Shown here: positions 34,401-46,690 of the stretch, piece after piece | How positions within the stretch are numbered: the stretch's first letter is position 1 | Layout of the letters: each line of letters opens with the position of its first letter | NCBI GenBank assembly: GCA_964016885.1 | Contig: OZ024743.1 | Span: 135,098,001 to 135,162,000, forward strand | Reading direction: 5' to 3' | Length of the DNA stretch: 64,000 nucleotides | From: Eledone cirrhosa | Lineage: Eukaryota | Notes under the pieces: generated by a model | What the model saw: the letters and a program-made list of their open reading frames with translations, nothing else | Told to the model about the DNA's origin: nothing | Databases searched by the model: none | Translations under genes and position numbers: made by a program

Positions 34401-37400
34401 GTTTGGTGTTTGGTGCTTGGTGCTTGTTGTTTGGTGATTGGTGCTTGGTGCTTGATGTTTGGTGCTTGGTGCCTGGTGCTTGTTGTTTGGTGATTGGTGC
34501 TTGGTGCTTGGTGTTTGGTGTTTGTTGTTTGGTGCTTGGTGTTTGGTTTTTGGTGCTAGGTGCTTGGTGCTTGGTGCTTGGTGTAAGGTGCTTGGTGATT
34601 GGGGCTTGGTGTTTGGTGCTTGGTGCTTGGTGTTTGGTGCTTGGTGCTTGGTGTTTGGTGTTTGGTGATTGGTGCTTGTTGCTGGGTTGTTGGTGTTTGG
34701 TGCTTGGTGCTTGGTGTTTGGTGCTTGGTGCTTGGTGTTTGGTGCTTGGTGCTTGGTGCTTGGTCTTCGGTGCTTGGTGTTTGGTGTTTGGTGCTTGGTG
34801 CTTGGTGCTTGGTGTTTGGTGCTTAGTGCTTGGTGCTTGGTGATTAGTATTTGGTGCTTGGTGCTTGGGGTTTGGTATTTGGTGCTTGGTGCTTGGTGTT
34901 TGGTGCTTGGTACTTGGTGTTTGGTGCTTGGTGTTTGGTGTTTGCTGTTTGCTGTTTTGTGTTTGGTGCTTGGTGCTTGGTGTTTGGTGCTTGGTGCTTG
35001 GTGTTTGGTGCTTGATGCTTGGTGCTTGGGGCTTGGTGTTTGGTGCTTGGTGCTTGGTGCTTGGTGTTTGGGGCTTGGTGCTTGGTGTTTGGTGCTTGGT
35101 GCTTGGTGTTTGGTGTTTGCTGTTTGGTGTTTGGTGTTTGCTGTTTGGTGTTTGCTGCTTGGTGTTTGGTGCTTGGTGCTCGGTGCTGGGTGGTTGGCGT
35201 TTGGTGCTTGGTGCTTTGTGTTTGGTGCTTGGTGTTTGGTGTTTGGTGCTTGGTGTTTGGTGTTTGGTGCTTGGTGCTTGGTGTTTGGTGTTTGGTGCTT
35301 GGTGCTTGGTCTTTGGTGCTTGGTGCTTGGTGCTTGGTCTTTGGTGCTTGGTGCTTGGTGCTTGGTGTTTGGTGCTGCATGCTTGGTGTTTGGTGTTTGG
35401 TTCTTGGTGCTTGGTGCTTGGTATTTGGTGCTTGGTGCTTGGTGCTTGGTGATTAGTGTTTGGTGCTTGGTGCTTGGGGTTTGGTGTTTGCTGCTTGGTG
35501 CTTGGTGTTTGGTGCTTGGTACTTGGTGTTTGGTGCTAGGTGTTTGGTATTTGCTGTTTGCTGTTTGGTGTTTGGTGTTTGGTGTTTGCTGTATGGTGTT
35601 TGCTGTTTCGTGTTTGGTCTTTGCTGTTTGGTGTTTGGTCTTTGGTGCTTGGTGTTTGGTGCTTGGTGCTTGGTGTTTGGGGTTTGGTGTTTGCTGTTTG
35701 GTGTCTGCTTTTTGGTGTTTGGTGTTTGCTGTATGGTGTTTGGTGTTTGCTGTTTGGTGTTTGGTCTTTGGTGCTTGGTGTTTGGTGCTTGGAGCTTGGT
35801 TTTTGGTGTTTAGTGCTTGGTGCCTGGTGCTTGTTTTTTGTGATTGGTGCTTGGTGTTTGGTGTTTGGTGCTTGGCGTTTGGTGTTTGGTGTTTGCCGTT
35901 TGGTGTTTGGTGCTTGGTGCTTGGTGCTTGGTGTTTGGTGCTTGGCGTTTGGTGCTTGGTGCTTGGTGTTTGGTGCCTGGTGCTTGTTGTTTGGTGCTTG
36001 GTGCTTGGTGTTTAGTGCTTGGTGCTTGGTGTTTGGTGTTTGGTGCTTGGTGCATGGTGCTTGGTGTTTGGTGCTTGGTGCTTGGTGTTTGTACTTGGTG
36101 CTTGGTGCTTGGTGCTTGGTTCTCGGTGTTTGGTGCTTGGTGCTTGGTGCTTGGTGTTTGGTGCTTGGAGTTTGGTGCTTGGTGCTTGGTGCTTGGTGTT
36201 TGGTGTTTGGTGTTTGGTGCATGGTGCTTGGTGCTTGGTGTTTGGTGCTTGGTGCTTGGTGTTTGGTGCTTGGTGTTTGGTGTAAGGTGTTAGGTGTTTG
36301 GTGCTTGGTGCTTGGTGTTTGGTGCTTGGTGCTTGGTGTTTGGTGTTTGGTGCTTGCTGCTTGCTGCTTGGGGTTTGGTGCTTGGTGATTGGTGCTTGGT
36401 GTATGGTGCTTGGTGCTTGGTGTTTGGTGTTTGGTGCTAGGTGCTTGGTGCTTGGTGCTTGGTGTTTGGTGCTTGGTGTTAGGTGTTTGGTGCTTGGTGT
36501 TTGGTGTTTGGTGCTTGGTGTTTGGTGTTTGGTGCTTGGTGCTTGGTGTTTGGTGCTTGGTGCCTGGTGTTTGGTGCTTGGTGCTTGGTGTTTGGTGTTT
36601 GGTGCTTGGTGTTTGGTGCTTGGTGCTTGGTGCTTGGTGCTTGGTGTAAGATGTTAGGTGTTTGGTGCTTGGGGCTTGGTGTTTGGTGCTTGGTGCTTGG
36701 TGTTTGGTGTTTGGTGCTTGCTGCTTGCTGCTTGGTGTTTGGTGCTTGGTGATTGGTGCTTGGTGTTTGGTGCTTGGTGCTTGGTGTTTGGTGTTAGGTG
36801 CTAGGTGCTTGGTGCTTGGTGTTTGGTGCTTGGTGTTTGGTGCTTGGTACTTGGTGTTTGGTGGTTGGTGCTTGGTGCTTGGTGTTTGGTGTTTGGTGTT
36901 TGGTGCTTGGTGCTTGGTGTTTTGTGTTTGGTGCTTGGTGCTTGGTGCTGGGTGGTTGGCGTTTGGTGCTTGGTGCTTGGTGTTTGGTGCTTGGTGCTTG
37001 GTGTTTGGTGCTTGGTGCTTGGTGCTTGGTCTTTGGTGCTTGGTGTTTGGTGTTTGGTGCTTGGTGCTTGGTGTTTGGTGCTTGGTGCTTGGTGATTAGT
37101 GTTTGGTGCTTGGAGCTTGGGGTTTGGTGTTTGGTGCTTGGTGCTTGGTGTTTGGTGCTTGGTGCTTGGTGTTTGGTGCTTGGTGTTTGGTGTTTGCTGT
37201 TTGGTGTTTGGTGTTTGGTGTTTGCTGTTTGCTGTTTGCTATTTGCTGTCTGCTTTTTGGTTTTTGGTGTTTGCTGTATTGTGTTTGCTGTTTCGTGTTT
37301 GGTGTTTGCTGTTTGGTGTTTGGTGTTTGGTGTTTGGTGTTTGGTGCTTGGTGTTTGGTGTTTGGTGCTTGGTGCTTGTTTTTTCGTGAGTGGTGCTTGG

Positions 37401-40400
37401 TGCTTGGTGATTGGTGTTTGGTGCTTGGTCCCTGGTGCTTGTTGTTTGGTGATTGGTGCTTGGTGCTTGGTGTTTGGTGTTTGGTGTTTGGTGCTTGGTG
37501 TTTGGTTTTTGGTGCTAGGTGCTTGGTGCTTGGTGCTTGGTGCTTGGTGTTTGGTGTTTGGTGATTGGTGCTTGGTGCTGGGTGGTTGGTGTTTGGTGCT
37601 TGGTGCTTGGTGTTTGGTGCTTGGTGCTTGGTGTTTGGTGCTTGGTGCTTGGTGCTTGGTCTTTGGTGCTTGGTGTTTGGTTTTTGGTGCTTGGTGCTTG
37701 GTGCTTGGTGTTTGGTGCTTAGTGCTTGGTGCTTGGTGATTAGTGTTTGGTGCTTGGTGCTTGGGGTTTGGTATTTGGTGCTTGGTGCTTGGTGTTTGGT
37801 GCTTGGTACTTGGTGTTTGGTGCTTGGTGTTTGGTGTTTGCTGTTTGCTGTTTGGTGTTTGGTGTTTGCTGTTTGCTGTTTGGTGTCTGCTTTTTGGTGT
37901 TTGGTGTTTGTTGTATGGTGTTTGCTGTTTCGTGTTTGGTGTTTGCTGTTTGGTGCTTGGTGTTTGGTGCTTGGTGCTTGGTGTTTGGTGTTTGGTGCTT
38001 GGTGCTTGGTGTTTGGTGTTTAGTGCTTGGTGCCTGGTGCTTGTTGTTTGGTGATTGGTGCTTGGTGTTTGCTGTTTGCTGTTTGCTGTTTGGTGTTTGG
38101 TGTTTGCCGTTTGGTGTTTGGTGCTTGGTGCTTGGTGCTTGGTGTTTGGTGCTTGGCGTTTGGTGCTTGGTGCTTGGTGTTTGGTGCCTGGTGCTTGTTG
38201 TTTGGTGCTTGGTGCTTGGTATTTAGTGCTTGGTGTTTGGTGTTTGGTGCTTGGTGCTTGGTGTTTGGTGTTTGGTGCTTGGTGCATGGTGCTTGGTGTT
38301 TGGTGTTTGGTGCTTGGTGTTTGGTGCTTGGAGCTTGGTGCTTCATGTTTGGTGCTTGGTGATTGGTGCTTGGTGTTTGGTGCAGGGTGCTTGGTGTTTG
38401 GTGCTTGGTGTTTGGTGTTTGGTTTTTGATGCTTGGTGTTTGATGCTTGGTGCTTGGTGCTTGGTGTTTGGTGCTTGGTGCTTGGTGCTTGGTGCTTGGT
38501 GTTTGGTGCTTGGTGTTTGGTGCTTGGTGCTTGGTGCTTGGTGTTAGGTGTTTGGTGTTTGGTGTTTGGTGCTTGGTGCTTGGTGTTTGGTGCTTGGTGC
38601 TTGGTGTTTGGTGCTTGGCATTTGTACTTGGTGCTTGGTGCTTGGTGCTTGGTTCTTGGTGTTTGGTGCTTGGTGCTTGGTGCTTGGTGTTTGGTGCTTG
38701 GTGTTTGGTGCTTGGTGCTTGGTGCTTGGTGTTAGGTGTTTGGTGTTTGGTGTTTGGTGCTTGGTGCTTGGTGTTTGGTGCTTGGTGCTTGGTGTTTGGT
38801 GCTTGGTGCCTGGTGCTTGGTGTTTGGTGGTTGGTGTTTGCTGTTTGGTGTTTGGTCTTTGGTGCTTGGTGTTTGGTGCTTGGTGCTTGGTGTTTGGTGT
38901 TTGGTGCTTGGTGCTTGGTGTTTGGTGTTTAGTGCTTAGTGCCTGGTGCTTGTTGTTTGGTGATTGGTGCTTGGTGTTTGGTGTTTGCTGTTTGCTGTTT
39001 GGTGTTTGGTGTTTGCCGTTTGGTGTTTGGTGCTTGGTGCTTGGTGCTTGGTGTTTGGTGCTTGGCGTTTGGTGCTTGGTGCTTGGTGTTTGGTGCCTGG
39101 TGCTTGTTGTTTGGTGTTTGGTGCTTGGTGCTTGGTGTTTGGTGTTTGGTGCTTGGTGCATGGTGCTTGGTGTTTGGTGTTTGGTGATTGGTGCTTGGTG
39201 TTTGGTGCTTGGTGTTTGGTGTTTGGTTTTTGATGCTTGGTGTTTGATGCTTGGTGCTTGGTGCTTGGTGTTTGGTGTTTGGTGCTTGGTGTTTGTACTT
39301 GGTGCTTGGTGCTTGGTGCTTGGTTCTTGGTGTTTGGTGCTTGGTGCTTGGTGCTTGGTGTTTGGTGCTTGGTGTTTGGTGCTTGGTGCTTGGTGCTTGG
39401 TGTTAGGTGTTTGGTGTTTGGTGTTTGGTGCTTGGTGCTTGGTGCTTGGTGTTTGGTGCTTGGTGTTTGGTGCTTGGTGCTTGGTGCTTGGTGTTAGGTG
39501 TTTGGTGTTTGGTGTTTGGTGCTTGGTGCTTGGTGTTTGGTGCTTGGTGCTTGGTGTTTGGTGCTTGGCGTTTGTACTTGGTGCTTGGTGCTTGGTGCTT
39601 GGTTCTTGGTGTTTGGTGCTTGGTGCTTGGTGCTTGGTGTTTGGTGCTTGGTGTTTGGTGCTTGGTGCTTGGTGCTTGGTGTTAGGTGTTTGGTGTTTGG
39701 TGTTTGGTGCTTGGTGCTTGGTGTTTGGTGCTTGGTGCTTGGTGTTTGGTGCTTGGTGCCTGGTGTTTGGTGCTTGGTGCTTGGTGTTTGGTGTTTGGTG
39801 CTTGGTGTTTGGTGCTTGGTGCTTGGTGCTTGGTGCTTGGTGTAAGATGTTAGGTGTTTGGTGCTTGGTGCTTGGTGTTTGGTGCTTGGTGCTTGGTGTT
39901 TGGTGTTTGGTGCTTGCTGCTTGCTGCTTGGTGTTTGGTGCTTGGTGATTGGTGCTTGGTGTTTGGTGCTTGGTGCTTGGTGTTTGGTGTTAGGTGCTAG
40001 GTGCTTGGTGCTTGGTGTTTGGTGCTTGGTGTTTGGTGCTTGGTACTTGGTGTTTGGTGGTTGGTGCTTGGTGCTTGGTGTTTGGTGTTTGGTGTTTGGT
40101 GCTTGGTGCTTGGTGCCTGGTGCTTGGTGTTTTGTGTTTGGTGCTTGGTGCTTGGTGCTGGGTGGTTGGCGTTTGGTGCTTGGTGCTTGGTGTTTGGTGC
40201 TTGGTGCTTGGTGTTTGGTGCTTGGTGCTTGGTGCTTGGTCTTTGGTGCTTGGTGTTTGGTGTTTGGGGCTTGGTGCTTGGTGTTTGGTGATTGGTGCTT
40301 GGTGATTAGTGTTTGGTGCTTGGAGCTTGGGGTTTGGTGTTTGGTGCTTGGTGCTTGGTGTTTGGTGCTTGGTGCTTGGTGTTTGGTGCTTGGTGTTTGG

Positions 40401-41135
40401 TGTTTGCTGTTTGGTGTTTGGTGTTTGCTGTTTGCTGTTTGCTGTTTGCTATTTGCTGTCTGCTTTTTGGTTTTTGGTGTTTGCTGTATGGTGTTTGCTG
40501 TTTCGTGTTTGGTGTTTGCTGTTTGGTGTTTGGTGTTTGGTGTTTGGTGTTTGGTGTTTGGTGCTTGGTGTTTGGTGTTTGGTGCTTGGTGCTTGTTTTT
40601 TGGTGATTGGTGCTTGGTGCTTGGTGATTGGTGTTTGGTGCTTGGTGCCTGGTGCTTGTTGTTTGGTGATTGGTGCTTGGTGCTTGGTGTTTGGTGTTTG
40701 GTGTTTGGTGCTTGGTGTTTGGTTTTTGGTGCTAGGTGCTTGGTGCTTGGTGCTTGGTGTAAGGTGCTTGGTGATTGGGGCTTGGTGTTTGGTGCTTGGT
40801 GCTTGGTGTTTGGTGCTTGGTGCTTGGTGTTTGGTGTTTGGTGATTGGTGCTTGGTGCTGGGTGGTTGGTGTTTGGTGCTTGGTGCTTGGTGTTTGGTGC
40901 TTGGTGCTTGGTGTTTGGTGCTTGGTGCTTGGTGCTTGGTCTTTGGTGCTTGGTGTTTGGTTTTTGGTGCTTGGTGCTTGGTGCTTGGTGTTTGGTGCTT
41001 AGTGCTTGGTGCTTGGTGATTAGTGTTTGGTGCTTGGTGCTTGGGGTTTGGTATTTGGTGCTTGGTGCTTGGTGTTTGGTGCTTGGTACTTGGTGTTTGG
41101 TGCTTGGTGTTTGGTGTTTGCTGTTTGCTGTTTGG
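19463..41135 (+). repeat. Older ~9 kb tandem duplication (copy A ~19463-32191, enlarged by an internal 3,720-bp duplication; copy B ~32192-41135)
   Basis: ORF pairs at offsets 12729 (19974/32703), 12778 (22066/34844), 12862 (22674/35536) and 12785 (24958/37743), then 8982 beyond the internal duplication (30876/39858, 31327/40309). Confidence 0.75.
24303..31751 (+). repeat. Very recent 3,720-bp tandem duplication (24303-28022 / 28023-31742)
   Basis: Printed lines match at a 62-line offset (e.g. 24361=28081, 25801=29521). I noticed only two substitutions (~28589, ~30576). ORFs 25235/28955 and 25662/29382 translate identically. Confidence 0.93.
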
Positions 41136-41199
41136 TGTTTGGTGTTTGGTGTTTGCTGTTTGGTGTCTGCTTTTTGGTGTTTGGTGTTTGCTGTTTGGT

Positions 41200-44100
41200 G
41201 CTTGGTGTTTGGTGCTTGGTGCTTGGTGTTTGGTGTTTGGAGCTTGGTGCTTGGTGTTTGGTGTTTAGTGCTTGGTGCCTGGTGCTTGGTGTTTGCCGTT
41301 TGGTGTTTGGTGCTTGGTGCTTGGTGCTTGGTGTTTGGTGCTTGGCGTTTGGTGCTTGGTGCTTGGTGTTTGGTGCCTGGTGCTTGTTGTTTGGTGCTTG
41401 GTGCTTGGTGTTTAGCGCTTGGTGTTTGGTGTTTGGTGCTTGGTGCTTGGTGTTTGGTGTTTGGTGCCTGGTGCATGGTGCTTGGTGTTTGGTGTTTGGT
41501 GCTTGGTGTTTGGTGCTTGGAGCTTGGTGCTTCATGTTTGGTGCTTGGTGATTGGTGCTTGGTGTTTGGTGCAGGGTGCTTGGTGTTTGGTGCTTGGTGT
41601 TTGGTGTTTGGTTTTTGATGCTTGGTGTTTGATGCTTGGTGCTTGGTGCTTGGTGTTTGGTGCTTGGTGCTTGGTGCTTGGTGTTTGGTGTTTGGTGTTT
41701 GGTGCTTGGTGCTTGGTGCTTGGTGTTAGGTGTTTGGTGTTTGGTGTTTGGTGCTTGGTGCTTGGTGTTTGGTGCTTGGTGCTTGGTGTTTGGTGCTTGG
41801 CGTTTGTACTTGGTGCTTGGTGCTTGGTGCTTGGTTCTTGGTGTTTGGTGCTTGGTGCTTGGTGCTTAGTGTTTGGTGCTTGGTGTTTGGTGCTTGGTGC
41901 TTGGTGCTTGGTGTTAGGTGTTTGGTGTTTGGTGTTTGGTGCTTGGTGCTTGGTGTTTGGTGCTTGGTGCTTGGTGTTTGTTGCTTGGTGCCTGGTGCTT
42001 GGTGTTTGGTGGTTGGTGTTTGCTGTTTGCTGTTTGGTCTTTGGTGCTTGTTGTTTGGTGCTTGGTGCTTGGTGTTTGGTGTTTGGTGCTTGGTGCTTGG
42101 TGTTTGGTGTTTAGTGCTTGGTGCCTGGTGCTTGTTGTTTGGTGATTGGTGCTTGGTGTTTGGTGTTTGCTGTTTGCTGTATGGGGTTTGGTGTTTGCCG
42201 TTTGGTGTTTGGTGCTTGGTGCTTGGTGCTTGGTGCTTGGTGTTTGGTGCTTGGCGTTTGGTGCTTGGTGCTTGGTGTTTGGTGCCTGGTGCTTGTTGTT
42301 TGGTGCTTGGTGCTTGGTGCTTGGTGTTTGGTGTTTGGTGCTTGGTGCTTGGTGTTTGGTGTTTGGTGCTTGGTGCATGGTGCTTGGTGTTTGGTGTTTG
42401 GTGCTTGGAGTTTGGTGCTTGGAGCTTGGTGCTTCATGTTTGGTGCTTGGTGATTGGTGCTTGGTGTTTGGTGCAGGGTGCTTGGTGTTTGGTGCTTGGT
42501 GTTTGGTGTTTGGTTTTTGATGCTTGGTGTTTGATGCTTGGTGCTTGGTGCTTGGTGCTTGGTTCTTGGTGTTTGGTGCTTGGTGCTTGGTGCTTGGTGT
42601 TTGGTGCTTGGTGTTTGGTGCTTGGTGCTTGGTGCTTGGTGTTAGGTGTTTGGTGTTTGGTGTTTGGTGCTTGGTGCTTGGTGCTTGGTGTTTGGTGCTT
42701 GGTGCTTGGTGTTTGGTGCTTGGTGCCTGGTGCTTGGTGTTTGGTGGTTGGTGTTTGGTGCTTGGTGCTTGGTCTTTGGTGCTTGGTGCTTGGTGTTTGG
42801 TGCTTGGTGCTTGGTGCTTGGTGTTTGGTGCTTGGTGTTTGGTGCTTGGTGCTTGGTGCTTGGTGTTTGGTGCTTGTTGCTTGGTGTTTGGTGCTTGGCG
42901 TTTGTACTTGGTGCTTGGTGCTTGGTGCTTGGTTCTTGGTGTTTGGTGCTTGGTGCTTGGTGCTTGGTGTTTGGTGCTTGGTGTTTGGTGCTTGGTGCTT
43001 GGTGCTTGGTGTTAGGTGTTTGGTGTTTGGTGTTTGGTGCTTGGTGCTTGGTGTTTGGTGCTTGGTGCTTGGTGTTTGGTGTTTGGTGCTTGGTGCTTGG
43101 TGTTTGGTGTTTAGTGCTTGGTGCCTGGTGCTTGTTGTTTGGTGATTGGTGCTTGGTGTTTGGTGTTTGCTGTTTGCTGTTTGGTGTTTGGTGTTTGCCG
43201 TTTGGTGTTTGGTGCTTGGTGCTTGGTGCTTGGTGTTTGGTGCTTGGCGTTTGGTGCTTGGTGCTTGGTGTTTGGTGCCTGGTGCTTGTTGTTTGGTGCT
43301 TGGTGCTTGGTGCTTGGTGTTTGGTGTTTGGTGCTTGGTGCTTGGTGTTTGGTGTTTGGTGCTTGGTGCATGGTGCTTGGTGTTTGGTATTTGGTGCTTG
43401 GTGTTTGGTGCTTGGAGCTTGGTGCTTCATGTTTGGTGCTTGGTGATTGGTGCTTGGTGTTTGGTGCAGGGTGCTTGGTGTTTGGTGCTTGGTGTTTGGT
43501 GTTTGGTTTTTGATGCTTGGTGTTTGATGCTTGGTGCTTGGTGCTTGGTGTTTGGTGTTTGGTGCTTGGTGTTTGTACTTGGTGCTTGGTGCTTGCTGCT
43601 TGGTTCTTGGTGTTTGGTGCTTGGTGTTTGGTGCTTGGTGCTTGGTGCTTGGTGTTAGGTGTTTGGTGTTTGGTGTTTGGTGCTTGGTGCTTGGTGCTTG
43701 GTGTTTGGTGCTGGGTGCTTGGTGTTTGGTGCTTGGTGCCTGGTGCTTAGTGTTTGGTGGTTGGTGTTTGGTGCTTGGTGCTTGGTCTTTGGTGCTTGGT
43801 GCTTGGTGTTTGGTGTTTGGTGCTTGCTGCTTGCTGCTTGGGGTTTGGTGCTTGGTGATTGGTGCTTGGTGTTTGGTGCTTGGTGCTTGGTGTTTGGTGT
43901 TTGGTGCTTGGTGCTTGGTGTTTGGTGTTTGGTGTTTACTGTTTGGTGTCTGGTTTTTGGTGTTTGGTTTTTGCTGTATGGTGTTTGCTGTTTCGTATTT
44001 GGTGTTTGCTGTTTGGTGTTTGGTCTTTGGTGCTTGGTGTTTGGTGCTTGGTGCTTGGTTTTTGGTGTTTAGTGCTTGGTGCCTGGTGCTTGTTGTTTTG

Positions 44101-44500
44101 TGATCTGTGCTTGGTGTTTGGTGTTTGGTGCTTGGCGTTTGGTGTTTGGTGTTTGCCGTTTGGTGTTTGGTGCTTGGTGCTTGGTGCTTGGTGTTTAGTG
44201 CTTGGCGTTTGGTGCTTGGTGCTTGGTGTTTGGTGCCTGGTGCTTGTTGTTTGGTGCTTGGTGCTTGGTGTTTAGTGCTGGGTGCTTGGTGTTTGGTGTT
44301 TGGTGCTTGGTGCATGGTGCTTGGTGTTTGGTGTTTGGTGCTTGGTGTTTGGTGCTTGGAGCTTGGTGCTTCGTGTTTGGTGTTTGGTGATTGGTGCTTG
44401 GTGTTTGGTGCAGGGTGCTTGGTGTTTGGTGCTTGGTGTTTGGTGTTTGGTTTTTGATGCTTGGTGTTTGTACTTGGTGCTTGGTGCTTGGTTCTTGGTG
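41200..44500 (+). repeat. Region with a shorter ~0.9-1.0 kb sub-period
   Basis: The AGGGTGC landmark is at 41573, 42475, 43468 and 44412, each time with the same TTGCCGT...ATGGTGC...TTGGAGC...TTGATGC series. No GATTAG landmark lies between ~41018 and ~45633. Confidence 0.7.
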
Positions 44501-46690
44501 TTTGGTGCTTGGTGCTTGGTGCTTGGTGTTTGGTGCTTGGAGTTTGGTGCTTGGTGCTTGGTGCTTGGTGTTTGGTGTTTGGTGTTTGGTGCTTGGTGCT
44601 TGGTGCTTGGTGTTTCGTGTTTGGTGCTTGGTGCTTGGTGTTTGTACTTGGTGCTTGGTGCTTGGTTCTTGGTGTTTGGTGCTTGGTGCTTGGTGCTTGG
44701 TGTTTGGTGCTTGGAGTTTGGTGCTTGGTGCTTGGTGCTTGGTGTTTGGTGTTTGGTGTTTGGTGCTTGGTGCTTGGTGCTTGGTGTTTGGTGCTTGGTG
44801 CTTGGTGTTTGGTGCTTGGTGCTTGGTGTAAGGTGTTAGGTGCTTGGTGCTTGGTGCTTGGTGTTTGGTGCTTGGTGCTTGGTGTTTGGTGTTTGGTGCT
44901 TGCTGCATGCTGCTTGGGGTTTGGTGCTTGGTGATTGGTGCTTGGTGTTTGGTGCTTGGTGCTTGGTGTTTGGTGTTTGGTGCTAGGTGCTTGGTGCTTG
45001 GTGCTTGGTGTTTGGTGCTTGGTGTTTGGTGTTTGGTGCTTGGTGCTTGGTGTTTGGTGCTTGGTGCTTGGTGTTTGGTGCTTGGTGCCTGGTGTTTGGT
45101 GCTTGGTGCTTGGTGTTTGGTGTTTGGTGCCTGGTGTTTGGTGCTTGGTGCTTGGTGCTTGGTGCTTGGTGCTTGGTTTAAGGTGTTTGGTGCTTGGTGC
45201 TTGGTGTTTGGTGCTTGGTGCTTGGTGTTTGGTGTTTGGTGCTTGCTGCTTGCTGCTTGGTGTTTGGTGCTTGGTGATTGGTGCTTGGTGTTTGGTGCTT
45301 GGTGCTTGGTGTTTGGTGTTAGGTGCTAGGTGCTTGGTGCTTGGTGCTTGGTGTTTGGTGCTTGGTGTTTGGTGCTTGGTACTTGGTGTTTGGTGGTTGG
45401 TGCTTGGTGCTTGGTGTTTGGTGTTTGGTGTTTGGTGCTTGGTGCTTGGTGCCTGGTGCTTGGTGTTTTGTGTTTGGTGCTTGGTGCTTGGTGCTGGGTG
45501 GTTGGCGTTTGGTGCTTGGTGCTTGGTGTTTGGTGCTTGGTGCTTGGTGTTTGGTGCTTGGTGCTTGGTCTTTGGTGCTTGGTGTTTGGTGTTTGGTGCT
45601 TGGTGCTTGGTGTTTGGTGCTTGGTGCTTGGTGATTAGTGTTTGGTGCTTGGTGCTTGGGGTTTGGTGTTTGGTGCTTGGTGCTTGGTGTTTGGTGCTTG
45701 GTGCTTGGTGTTTGGTGCTTGGTGTTTGCTGTTTGCTGTTTGGTGTTTGGTGTTTGGTGTTTGCTGTTTGGTGTTTGGTGTTTGCTGTTTGCTGTTTGGT
45801 GTCTGCTTTTTGGTGTTTGCTGTTTGCTGTATGGTGTTTGCTGTTTCGTGTTTGGTGTTTGCTGTTTGGTGTTTGGTCTTTGGTGCTTGGTGTTTGGTGC
45901 TTGGTGCTTGGTGTTTGGTGTTTGGTGCTTGGTGCTTGGTGTTTGGTGTTTAGTGCTTGGTGCCTGGTGCTTGTTGTTTGGTGATTGGTGCTTGGTGTTT
46001 GGTGTTTGCTGTTTGCTGTTTGGTGTTTGGTGTTTGCCATTTGGTGTTTGGTGCTAGGTGCTTGGTGCTTGGTGTTTGGTGCTTGGCGTTTGGTGCTTGG
46101 TGCTTGGTGTTTGGTGCTTGGTGCTTGGTGTTTAGTGCTTGGTGTTTGGTGTTTGGTGCTTGGTGCTTGGTGTTTGGTGTTTGGTGCTTGGAGCATGGTG
46201 CTTGGTGTTTGGTGTTTGGTGCTTGGTGTTTGGTGCTTGGAGCTTGGTGCTTGATGTTTGGGGCTTGGTGATTGGTGCTTGGTGTTTGGTGCAGGGTGCT
46301 TGGTGTTTGGTGCTTGGTGTTTGGTGTTTGGTTTTTGATGCTTGGTGTTTGATGCTTGGTGCTTGGTGCTTGGTGTTTGGTGCTTAGTGTTTGTACTTGG
46401 TGCTTGGTGCTTGGTGCTTGGTTCTTGGTGTTTGGTGCTTGGTGCTTGGTGCTTGGTGTTTGGTGCTTGGTGTTTGGTGCTTGGTGCTTGGTGCTTGGTG
46501 TTTGGTGCTTGGTGCTTGGTGTTTGGTGCTTGGTGCCTGGTGCTTGTTGTTTGGTGGTTGGTGTTTGGTGCTTGGTGCTTGGTGTAAGGTGTTAGGTGTT
46601 TGGTGCTTGGTGCTTGGTCTTTGGTGCTTGGTGCTTGGAGTTTGGTGTTTGGTGCTTGCTGCTTGCTGCTTGGGGTTTGGTGCTTGGTGA

